This document shows, one piece after another, positions 50,177 through 62,100 of a stretch of 64,000 nt of DNA. The notes beneath the pieces were generated by a model, which saw nothing but the letters and a program-made list of their open reading frames with translations, had not been told where the DNA came from and made no database searches. The position numbers and the translations under genes are program-made. Source of the stretch: Mobula hypostoma (taxonomy: Eukaryota); NCBI RefSeq assembly GCF_963921235.1, contig NC_086109.1, positions 37,698,001 through 37,762,000 on the forward strand. The letters run 5' to 3'. Position 1 is the first letter of the stretch. Each line of letters opens with the position of its first letter.

Positions 50177-53065
50177 TTCAAAGTTCAAAGTAAGTATGCA
50201 AAGTAAATGTGCAAATAAAGAAAAGAAATAAATATCAGGAACATGACCATGAGATGAGAGTCCTTAAAAGTGAGTTCGTAGTTTGTGGGAACATTCCAGT
50301 GATAAGACTAGTGAAGTTGAGTGAAGTTATCCAGTCTGCTTGAAGAGCCTGATAGTTGAAGGATACTAACTGTTCCTGAACCTGGTGGTTTGAGCTTTGA
50401 GGCTCCTGTACCTTCTTCTTGATGGCAGCACTGAGAAGAAAGTATGGTCTGAACGTTGAGGCCTTGATGATGGATGCTGCTTTCCCGCGACAATGCTTTG
50501 TGTAGATGTGCTCAATGATGGAGAGGGTTTTACCCCTGATATGAACTGGGCCGTATCCACTACTTTTTGTAGGATTTTCTATTCAAGGGTATTGATGTTT
50601 TCATACCAGGCTGTGATGCAGCCAGTCAATATACTCTCCACCACACATCTATAGAAGTTTGTCAAAGTTTTAAATATCATGGTCAATCTTTGTAAAGAAA
50701 GTAGAGGCTGTGCATTCTTCATAATTGCACTGGGCCCAGGACAGATAAGACCATAAGACCATAAGACAAAGGAGCAGAAGTAGGCCATTCGGCCCATCAA
50801 GTCTGCTCCGCCATTTTATCATGAGCTGATCCATTTTCTCCTATTTAGTCCCACTCCCCTGCCTTCTCACCATAACCTTTGATGCCCTGGCTACTCATAT
50901 ACCTATCAATCTCTGCCTTAAATACACCCAATGACTTGGCCTCCACTGCTGCCCGTGGCAACAAATTCCATAGTTTCACCACCCTCTGACTAAAAAAATT
51001 TCTTCGCATTTCTGTTCTGAAAGGGCGCCCTTCAATCCTTAAGTCATGCCCTCTCATACTAGACTCCCCTATCATGGGAAACAACTTTGTCACATCCACT
51101 CTGTTCATGCCTTTTAACATTCGAAATGTTTCTATGAGGTCTCCCCTCATTCTTCTAAACTCCAAGGAATACAGTCCATGAGTGGACAAACGTTCCTCAT
51201 ATGTTAACCCTCTCATTCCCGGAATCATCCGAGTGAATCTTCTCTGTACCCTCTTCAACGTCAGCACATCCTTTCTTAAATAAGGAGACCAAAACTGCCC
51301 ACAGTACTCCAAGTGAGGTCTCACCAGCGCCTTATAGAGCCTCAACATCACATCCCTGCTCCTATACTCTATTCCTCTAGGAATGAATGCCAACATTGCA
51401 TTCGCCTTCTTCACTACTGACTCAACCTGGAGGTTAACTTTAAGGGTATCCTGTACGAGGACTCCCAAGTCCCGTTGCATCTCAGAACTTTGAATTCTTT
51501 CCCCATTTAAATAATAGTCTGCCCATTTATTTTTTCTGCCAAAGTGCATAACCATACACTTTCCAACATTGTACTTCATTTGCCACTTCTCTGCCCATTC
51601 TTCCAATCTATCCAAGTCTCTCTGCAGACTCTCCGTTTCCTCAGCACTACCGGCCCCTCCAACTATCTTCGTATCATCAGCAAACTTAGTCACAAAGCCA
51701 TCTATTCCATAATCCAAATCGTTGATGTACAATGTAAAAAGAAGCGGCCCCAACACCGATCCCTGCGGAACACCACTGGTAACCGGCAGCCAACCAGAAT
51801 AGGATCCCTTTATTCCCACTCTCTGTTTCCTGCCAATCAGCCAACGCTCTATCCACGTATGTAACTTTCCCGTAATTCCATGGGCTCTTATCTTGTTAAG
51901 CAGCCTCATGTGTGGCACCTTGTCAAAGGCCTTCTGAAAATCCAAATATACAATATCCACTGCAGCTCCTTTGTCTAGCCTACTGGTAATTTCCTCAAAA
52001 AATTGTAATAGGTTTGTCAGGCAGGATTTTCCTTTAAGGAATCCATGCTGAGTTCTGCCTATCTTGTCATATGCCTCCAGGTACTCTGTAACCTCATCCT
52101 TGACAATCGACTCCAACAACTTCTCAACCACGGATGTCAAGCTAACAGGTCTATAATTTCCTTTTTGCTTCCTTGCCCCCTTCTTAAATAGCGGAGTGAC
52201 ATTTGCAATCTTCCAGTCCTCCGGAACCATGCCAGAACCTATCGACTTTTGAAAGATCATCGCTAATGCCTCCGCAATCTCCACAGCTACTTCCTTCAGA
52301 ACACGAGGGTGCATTCCATCTGGTCCGGGAGATTTATCTACCTTTAGCCTATTCAGCTTCCTGAGTACTTTCTCTGTCGTAATTGTGACTGCGCACACTT
52401 CTCTTCCCTGCCACCCTTGAGTGTCCGGTATACCGCTGTCTTCCTCAGTGAAGACTGATGCAAAATACTTGTTCAGTTCCTCTGCCATCTCCTCATCTCC
52501 CATTACAATTTCTCCAGCATCATTTTCTATCGGTCCTATATCTACTCTCACCTGTCTTTTACTCTTTATATACTTGAAAAAGCTTTTAGTATCCTCTTCG
52601 ATATTATTTGCTAGCTTCCTTTCATAGTTAATCTTTTCTCTCTTAATGACCTTCTTGGTTTCCTTTTGTAAGGTTTTAAAAACTTCCCAATCCTCTGTCT
52701 TCCCACTAATTTTTGCTTCCTTGTATGCCCTCTCTTTTGCTTTAACTTTGGCTTTGACTTCTCTTGTCAACCACGGTTGCATCCTTTTTCCACTCGAAAA
52801 TTTCTTCTTTTTTGGAATATACTTGTCTTGCACATTCCTCATTTCTCGCATAAACTCTGAAATGATAACATGATTGAATTTAAATCTGCTAATACTCTCC
52901 ACTTCTGGTGAGAACTGACTCATGGACCTCTGCTTTCCTCTACCTGAAGTTAATTATCAGTTAGTTGGTCTTGCTGACTTTGAGTAAGAGGTTGTTTACA
53001 TTGCACCACTCAGTCATATTTTCAGCCTCCCTCCTATATGCTGATTCTTCAACACCTTTGATTCC
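50177..53065 (-). mobile_element. Rex1/Babar-like LINE (50177-50745 and 52856-53065) split by a young CR1
   Basis: agttcaaagttcaaagt tail; TLTNFYRCVVESILTGCITAWY; continues after the CR1 with ...VESISRFKF and LLSKSARPT-type sequence. Confidence 0.75.
50746..52855 (-). mobile_element. Young 5'-truncated CR1 LINE with uninterrupted RT frame
   Basis: ORF 50845-52923: KSPGPDGMHPRVLKE, GNYRPVSLTSVV, YLDFQKAFDKVPH, SGVPQGSVLGP, KFADDTK, LVRPHLEYC; tail (accataag)n on +. Confidence 0.95.
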
Positions 53066-55635
53066 ATTGGCTTATAACATATTAACCACGGTCTTGATGC
53101 AGTCTAGAAACATTTCCTCCAAATAACCTGTGCCAATAATAAATCAGTAATTTACTTTATATTTACATGCTTGTAGCAAGTTTATAGAAAGCTGTTTTCT
53201 CCCCAAAGTGTTAAAAAATGAGCCTGTTTTCCAAAGAAAATGGTTAAAGTTATCCATAAGATATAGAAACAGATTTGGGCCATTTAGTCGATTAAGTCTG
53301 CTTCGCCATTTTATACAGAATATCCCTCAAATCCATTCTCCTGCCTTTTCCTTATAACCTTTAACACCTTTATCAGCCTCTACTTTAAATAGACCTGGCC
53401 TCCACAGCTGTCTGTGAATTCCACAGATTCACTACCCTATATTTAGTAGAAATAGCACTGATAGAAATCAATAAGGTTTCAATTATGTAATTTGCTTTCC
53501 TACACAAAGAGCAGTTATAAAATATTGCATAAGAGCCTTTCCAGTGGCTAATATGGAATGCAACGTGCTTTACTGCCCATCTTGTAAATCACATAAACTA
53601 ATTGTGCTTTGATTCAGTCCATCTCAGTGGAGAGTTACCTCATCTCGTTGAAGGAGAATTGCAACTTACCACAAAGCCCCAAGGTAAGGGAAAGCAAAGA
53701 AATCAGTTAAGGATTCTTTTACTCATACGTAAGCAATCAAATGGGCATCTGGGTGATGCTGACATTAAGTACATGAGGTGTGATTTCCTCCACAGGCAAT
53801 TAATGGAAAATAGCCTGATGGATCTGTCTCAGACAGCGCAGGAAAAATCAAAAGAACACAAGGAGAAAGGAAAACTTCTCTGTAGAGCACTTGGTGAGTT
53901 CTCACATGGAAGTCCCTTGACTCTATAGACCGCTGTCGTGCTTTGCTGCTGACAGAAGCACTTAATCTCAGATGTCCCTAATGTCAGCATTCCATGAGAA
54001 CATCAAAAAGAATATATAACATATATTACAGGCTGGAGTAACCTAAGTAACAGGATACAGAGGTGATAAGGAAATATGAAATATTTAGGAATGGTATTTG
54101 CCACGTACAATGTATTTTGAGTTAAGGATGACAATGTGGGCTCCTTTGAAACAAAGAATATAAACCATAAACACGATATTTCAGAGCCCATAAATCAATT
54201 TGCCATAAGCATGTACTCTGTTCAGGAGCAGGTCAGAAGTAGGATTCTTAACCTTTGACTCTTCCTCATTGCCCAAAGGCAGGCACTTGCTTCACTTAGT
54301 CAACATTGAACACTGCAGGGAGCAGCGGGTCAGAACTGGTGGATGTGCCCATGTTTTCATGCATACCCAATTTCGGAGATCAAAGCCACTGTCCAGTGAC
54401 ACTACAAGGGAAACATTTATCTTTCCCTGCAAAGATGTCAAGTTGCTGTCAACATATTGGCTGTGGTCTCCAAACTGGATCTGGCTAGATTGATGGATTG
54501 TAGTAATCCAGTGCACTGACAAGCAGCCCATCTGTTAACTTCACCTGCAATAACAGGAAGCTTCACCAACAGCTATCCATCACTACCCTGGTGGCAGGAG
54601 TTACATAGAATAATATTAATCGTTTTGTGATATAGTTTAAAGAAAAATATCACGTTGGTACTCTCTGAAATAACATGTATACTTTAATACATTCCTTGGG
54701 TAGAAAAGTTTATAATTCGCTTTTAATGAGTTTTCCCTAGAACATCACCAGTTTCTCTGGTATAGTACCACACTAGACCAAAGCAATGACAGCTATATTT
54801 GATTTATGGTAAATGAGTTACTAATTCAGTGATTTTTTAAGAAAAAAAAATTCAGTCAATTTTCTGATTTTCCAGTACGTAATGCTATCTTATTGTATGC
54901 TGGCACTCATTCATCCATAAATCAGCATAACAACTTCTGGTTAGCAAAGGAAGCCTCAACACCATTTCTCACACCATCTTGCCCAGTGCCATAAACTGTG
55001 AAATGGGTGAAAATGATAAATGTTGCAAACTAGAAAAAAGATTTGGAACCAGATGCTAGCGCAGAAACCATAACTAGACTGAGTTCTTGTAGAGAAATAT
55101 TCACTGAAGATCCTACTTTAAACCCTAAGGTTTCCACTGTATACTAGACATGTGGGTTGGTACAAAGCCTTTATGTGTTTGTTTCAAAATTCAATACTCG
55201 ATTAGAGTAATTTTATGGGAAAGTACATTTTAAAAATCACTTGCAGGGACACTATCCATTGAATGGCACCTAGGCATGAAAGATATCTGATTAGTAGGGA
55301 TTCGGACAACAATTAAGTACTCAAATAGAGCATGTACTCCTCTTGTACAACTGTGGATTTCAATCTACAGCTAGGAAAAGCATCAGAAAAGGCTACTACA
55401 ATGCCTTCATCCAATCGTGCATGTAGAACCATTTGAAGACATTTGAAAATTAACAAGAAAACTATCTCTCCTTCCCATATACAGCAAGCTCCCTTCAGCA
55501 TGGGAAGGAGGAACTAAGAAAACTGAGATTACATAAAGCATTATGGCCATTTTTATTCCATGTTACAGTGGTAGATACTCAAGCCCTCGAAGAGCCTTGG
55601 GAATGAGTCACAGATCAAACTGATTAATCATACTT

Positions 55636-56730
55636 TAGAAACATAGAAAATAGGTGCAGGAGTAGGCCATTCGGCCCTTCGAGCCTGCACCGCCATTTAT
55701 TATGATCATGGCTGATCATCCAACTCAGAACCCCGCCCCAGCCTTCCCTCCATACCCCCTGACCCCCGTAGCCACAAGGGCCATATCTAACTCCCTCTTA
55801 AATATAGCCAATGAACTGGCCTCAACTGTTTCCTGTGGCAGAGAATTCCACAGATTCACCACTCTCTGTGTGAAGAAGTTTTTCCTAATCTCGGTCCTAA
55901 AAGGCTTCCCCTCTATCCTCAAACTGTGGCCCCTCGTTCTGGACTTCCCCAACATCGGGAACAATCTTCCTGCATCTAGCCTGTCCAATCCCTTTAGGAT
56001 CTTATACGTTTCAATCAGATCCCCCCTCAATCTTCTAAATTCCAACGAGTACAAGCCCAGTTCATCCAGTCTTTCTTCATATGAAAGTCCTGCCATCCCA
56101 GGAATCAATCTGGTGAACCTTCTTTGTACTCCCTCTATGGCAAGGATGTCTTTCCTCAGATTAGGGGACCAAAACTGCACACAATACTCCAGGTGTGGTC
56201 TCACCAAGACCTTGTACAACTGCAGTAATACCTCCCTGCTCCTGTACTCGAATCCTCTGGCTATAAATGCCAGCATACCATTTGCCTTTTTCACCGCCTG
56301 CTGTACCTGCATGCCCACTTTCAATGACTGGTGTATAATGACACCCAGGTCTCGTTGCACCTCCCCTTTTCCTAATCGGCCACCATTCAGATAATAATCT
56401 GTTTTCCTATTTTTGCCACCAAAGTGGATAACTTCACATTTATCCACATTAAATTGCATCTGCCATGAATTTGCCCACTCACCCAACCTATCCAAGTCAC
56501 CCTGCATCCTCTTAGCATCCTCCTCACAGCTAACACTGCCATCCAGCTTCGTGTCATCCGCAAACTTGGAGATGCTGCACTTAATTCCCTCATCCAAGTC
56601 ATTAATATATATTGTAAACAACTGGGGTCCCAGCACTGAGCCTTGCGGTACCCCACTAGTCACCGCCTGCCATTCTGAAAAGGTCCCGTTTATTCCCACT
56701 CTTTGCTTCCTGTCTGCTAACCAATTCTCC
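55636..56730 (-). mobile_element. Young 5'-truncated CR1 LINE (second subfamily)
   Basis: 335-aa open frame ENWLADRKQRVGING..SGVPQGSVLGP..KFADDTK..VRPHLEYCVQFW; tail tagaaacatagaaa on +. Confidence 0.95.
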
Positions 56731-57119
56731 ACCTTTCTGCAATCTCTCCTAAGAAAAGATCACCAAGTAGACTATCTGCCTGACAGATCCATGATTATTT
56801 AATCCCCATCCCTAACATGCTATGATCTGAAATTTGCTTAAAGATAAATAAATAGCCTTATTTGTCATCTGTGCACAAAAACATACAGTGAAATGCGTAA
56901 TTTGTGCCATCGCATGCGATGTGCTGAGGGCAGCACTCAAGTTCCGCCATACATCCAGTGCTAACTAAAAGCGGGAGAAACATTTAATGCTAATGTTCAA
57001 AAGATTAGGAATATAACTGGAGGCGTAAAAATCCCAGGTAAGGGGAAGAAACATGAGAGTGGGACTAATTGTAGACAACAGCTAGAATGGATTAAAAGAT
57101 TTCTTTGAGACCTGGATTA

Positions 57120-57414
57120 CAGGCCTCCGTTAGTCTTGCGAGACCATGGATCTGCGCCTGGAAAGTCTTCACTCTCCAGGGTGCAGGCCTGGGCAAGGTT
57201 GTATGGAAGACCAGCAGTTGCCCATGCTGCAAGTCTCCTCTCTCCATGACACCAATGTTGTCCAAGGGAAGGGCATTAGGACCCATACAACTTGGCACCA
57301 GTGTCGTCGCAGAGCCTTGCTCAAGAACACAACACGTTCCTTCGGCTGGGGCTCGACCTCACGACCTTCAGGTCGCTAGTCCAATGCCTTAACCACTTGG
57401 CTACGTGCCCACAA
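57120..57414 (-). mobile_element. Young tRNA-derived SINE with probable RTE-type 3' tail and perfect 13-bp TSD
   Basis: TSD gagacctggatta (57107-57119, 57415-57427); A box TAGCCAAGTGG, B-box-like GGTCGAGCC; tail ccatggtctcgcaagactaacggaggcc. Confidence 0.88.
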
Positions 57415-58453
57415 GAGACCTGGATTATTCAAATAGAAAAAATATAACATCTCATTGACTTTTGCTCAATTTGCTCAAAGGAAAATGGATTCGACTGCAC
57501 ATGAGAAGCTTTTCCTCAAATTTATATTCTAGACAAAATATCTCCTTTGCCTATTTGAATTTGTGATTCCTTGTCGAACAGTCAGTAGGCCAGGTCTTAC
57601 TAGCCTGATCTGGAAACATAAGTTCAAAGTTCGAAGTAAATTTATTATCAAAGTACAAATATATCACCATATATTACTTTAAGATTCACTTTTTGTAAGC
57701 ATTCACAGTAGAATAATGAAGTACAATAGAGGCAATGGAAAACTACACACAAACTAAGACTTACATGACATAAACATAAACATAATGACTATTGTGTGGA
57801 TCCTCTTTTGCTGAGTTCTATCCTGTGAATTAGAAAGAACTAAAAGTGGCAACTGAGCCTCAGATGATACACCCTGGAGCCCCATTCCTTATGGCTTTTT
57901 TAGCTCCTTGCTGTCAAAGGCCTTACAATTGCTTTTAAATGTCATTAAAAGCCTAGGAATTAATTCAAATTATCAGAAGTACTTATATAAAAAGTAAATA
58001 CAAATGAAGACATCTTAGTGCATTATAAACTAATTAACAAACATGAATATACCGATAAATAAATAATTGTTTGAGGATCCATTATACATGTCTGCTGATG
58101 ATCTGAGTGTGAAGTGGATTTGGCTTTTCAGCTTACCATGAGGAATTTCTTCTTCTACATGACAAGTTGTTCTGATTTGGAATGCATGGTTTAAAATAGT
58201 AAGCAAGATAGATTCAAGTAGTTTCCCACCCTGCTTATCATCTGCAAGCTATGGCTGTGTCTGTAAACCAGTAACTGCTGGGTTTATTGGTTGCCTCAGA
58301 TTACTAATTTAACAATGGTGAATACAGGGTTAGAGAGGGTGATCTGATGTGGCAGTGGAGGTCAGCAAGTAGCTGATCAATATGCTCGAATTCAAGTTTA
58401 TTGTCTTTCAACCATACACGTGTGGACCGTCAAATGAAACAATGTTCCTCCAG

Positions 58454-58545
58454 ACACAAAATGCTGGAGGAACTCAGCAGGGCCAGGTAGCATCTATGGA
58501 AAAGAATACAGTGAACGTTTCAGGCCGAGACCTTTCAGCAGGACC
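58454..58545 (-). mobile_element. Penelope-like pLTR fragment with hammerhead motif (A6 substituted)
   Basis: Minus strand ggtcCTGCTGAaaggtctcggcctGAAAcgttcact followed by the pLTR end. Confidence 0.75.
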
Positions 58546-58624
58546 CGGTAATATTATGTAATATCACTGTAATATCATGACACTAATTGCTACATAACCG
58601 TGCTACTGTCTGTGAGGAGTTTAT

Positions 58625-59132
58625 ACATAGAAACATAGAAAACATACAGCACAGTACAGGCCCTTCGGCCCACAAAGCTGTGCCAAACATGTTCCTATCT
58701 TAGAACTACCTAGACTTTAACCATAACCCTCCATTTTTCTAAGCTCCATGTAGCCAGCCAGGAGTCTCTTAAAAGACCCTATCGTTTCTGACTCAACCAC
58801 CGCCGCCGTCAACCCATTCCACGCACTCACCACTCTCTGCATAAAAAACCTACTCCTGACATTTCCTCTGTACCTGCTTCCAAGCACCTTAAAACTGTGC
58901 CCTCTTGTGCTAGCCATTTCAGCCCTGGGAAAAAATCTCTGGAGAAAAGACCAAGTTCATTAAACCTATTCTCTTAAGGCATGCTCCCCAATCCAGGCAA
59001 CATCCTTGGAAATTTTCTCTGCACCCTTTCTACGGTTTCCACATCCTGTCTGTAGTGAGGCGACCAGAATTGAGCACAGTACTCCAAGTGGGGTCTGACC
59101 CGCTGCAACATTACCTTTCAGCTCCTAAACTC
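58625..59132 (-). mobile_element. CR1 3' portion, target of the L1 insertion
   Basis: (catagaaa)n tail; STRGHSFKV..FFMQRVVSAWNGL; VRPHLEYCAQFWSPHY. Confidence 0.85.
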
Positions 59133-62100
59133 TTTTCTTTCTTTTTAAATCTTTTTATTGAGTAAGTATACAAAAAAGGTAAGCCATATAAACATTAATA
59201 CAATGTTAAAGTATAATAAAATTCCAAAAGATAACAATACCAAAAAGAAAATACTACAAACAATGTAATTTAAGCATAAGAAACCAAGATAACATAATAG
59301 TATACTAGATTTTATATATATCAATGGAGAAAAAGAAAAAAAAAACCCCCAAAAAAACCCACCGTGCAACTAACTAAAAGCAAAGCAAAGCAATGGGCTA
59401 ACTTGAAACCAAACAGAGTTAAACTTAAAATCACGTCCTCAATCCCGACCTCCATTAAAACAGTGAAAAAAAAACAAGAAGGGTAAATATTACATTAAAT
59501 GAAAATATCGAATAAAAGGTCCCCAAATCTGTTCAAATTTAAATGAAGAATCATAAAGGTTACTTCTAATTTTCTCCAGATTCAAACATAAAATCGTCTG
59601 AGAAAACCAAAAAAAGGTAGTTGGAGCATTAAGCTCTTTCCAATGTTGTAAAATACATCTTTTCGCCATTAAAGTAAGAAATGCAATCATTCTACGGGCT
59701 GAAGGGGAAAGATTACTAGAAATTTTAGGTAGTCCAAAGATAGCAGTAATAGGGTAAGGAGAGATATCTATATTTAATACCTTAGAAATAATATTGAAAA
59801 TATCTCTCCAAAAAGTTTCCAAAGTAGGGCAAGACCAAAACATATAAGTTAAAGAGGCTATCTGCCCCGAACATCTATCACAGAAAGGATTAATATGCGA
59901 GTAAAAACGCGCTAACTTATCTTTGGACATATGTGCTCTATGAACCACTTTAAATTGAATTAGGGAATGTTTAGCACAAATAGAGGAAGTATTAACTAAT
60001 TGTAAAATCTGCCCCCAATCATCCGCAGAAATGGTAAGCCCCAATTCCTGTTCCCAATCTACCCTAATCTTATCAAATGGAGCTTTCCTAAGTTTCATAA
60101 TAATATTATAAATCATAGCCGATGCACCTTTCTGACATGGATTAAGGTTAATTATCGAATCTAAAATATATATAGGAGGAAGCATTGGAAAGGAAGAAAG
60201 TATAGTACTTAGGAAATTTCTAACTTGTAAATATCTAAAAAAATGTATTCTTGATAAGTTATATTTATTAGATAATTGTTCAAAAGACATAAGGGAACCA
60301 TCTAAAAATAAATCCAAAAACCGTAAAATACCCTTAGTCTTCCAAGTTTGAAAAGCGCGATCCGTAAAAGAGGGAGGAAAAAATATGTTACCTAAAATAG
60401 GAATCGCTAACCCGAATTGATTAAGATCAAAAAATTTCCTGAATTGAAACCAAATACGCAAAGCATATTTAACGATCGGGTTAGAGACCTGCTTAAGGCG
60501 TTTCGAATCAAAAGGAAGAGATGAACCTAAAATAGAACCAAGTGTATAACCCTGAACAGATTGTAATTCCAATGCTACCCATTTAGGAATAGATAGTATG
60601 TCCCGGTCAAGTAACCAAAATTTCATATGTCGAATATTAATAGCCCAATAATAAAATCTAAAGTTAGGTAATGCTAAACCTCCATCTCTCTTAGCTTTCT
60701 GTAAATGTATTTTACCCAGTCTCGGATTCTTATTCTGCCAAATAAATGAAGAAATTTTAGAGTCGACTTTATCAAAAAAAGATTTAGGAACGAAAATTGG
60801 TAATGCCTGAAACACATATAAAAATTTTGGCAAAAAAAACATCTTAACTGCATTAATACGACCAATCAAAGTTAAATATAAGGGAAACCATTTAGATGAA
60901 AGTTGAGTAATATGGTCTATTAATGGTAAAAAGTTAGTCTTAAATAAATCTTTATGTTTACAAGTAATTTTAATCCCAAGATATGAAAGATAATTATTAA
61001 TCAATTTAAATGGAAATTTATAATATAAGGGAAGATGTTTATTAATCGGAAAAAGTTCACTCTTACTAAGATTTAATTTATAACCTGAGAAAAGACCAAA
61101 TTGTGCTAATAACTCTAAAACAGCAGGAATAGATCTCTCAGGATTAGAAATATATAAAAGTAAATCATCAGCATAGAGTGATAATTTATGGGACTTTAAT
61201 CCCCGAGTTATCCCAGTAATATTTGAAGATTCTCGAATAGCAATTGCAAGAGGTTCTAATGCAATATCAAATAATAGGGGACTAAGAGGACAGCCTTGTC
61301 GAGTACCACGAAAGAGAGGAAAAAAAGGTGAGTTTAAAGAGTTAGTACGAACCGAGGCTACAGGGGAGTGATATAACAGTTTAATCCAGGATATAAATTT
61401 CAAGCTAAAATTAAACATTTCAAGCACCTTAAATAAATAAGGCCATTCTACTCTATCAAAAGCTTTCTCGGCATCTAAAGAAATAACACACTCAGGAACA
61501 TTTTGTGAGGGAGTATAAACGATATTTAACAATGTACGAATATTATAAAAAGAGTAACGACCTTTAATAAAACCCGTTTGGTCTTCCGAAATAATAGAAG
61601 GAAGTACTTTTTCTAGTCTATTTGCTAATAACTTAGAAAAAACTTTAGAATCAACATTTAATAAAGATATTGGTCTATAAGATGCACATTGAGCAGGGTC
61701 TTTATCCTTCTTTAGTATTAAAGAAATTGATGCTCTATTAAAAGATTCTGGAAGTTTACCAAGTTTCAAAGAAGCCTCAAAAACCTTATAGAGCCAAGGA
61801 ATCAATAAAGAAGCAAAACATTTATAAAATTCAACGGTAAACCCATCAGGGCCAGGAGCTTTCCCCAGATTCATAGAAAAAATAACATTCTTAATCTCAT
61901 CCATTGTAATGGAAGTATCTAATAAAGAAGACATATCCTGTGAAATCTGAGGGAAGTCTAACTTATCTAAAAAATCATTCATATATTTAGAATCTCGAGG
62001 AGACTCTGATTGATATAAAGAAGAATAAAAATCACAAAAGGTTTGATTAATCCCCACATGATCCAATATCAATCGATCATTTTGGTTATAAATCTGATTG

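Noticed and set aside
50845..52923. 692-aa ORF as a host gene or complete CR1 ORF2
   Set aside because: The first ~23 codons come from the flanking Rex1 remnant, fused by chance to a 5'-truncated CR1; there is no endonuclease domain.
55702..56802. Plus-strand ORFs of 230 and 129 aa
   Set aside because: Antisense shadows of the CR1 RT frame.
57335..57412. Possible tRNA gene
   Set aside because: It is the head of a TSD-flanked SINE; no convincing acceptor stem or terminator.
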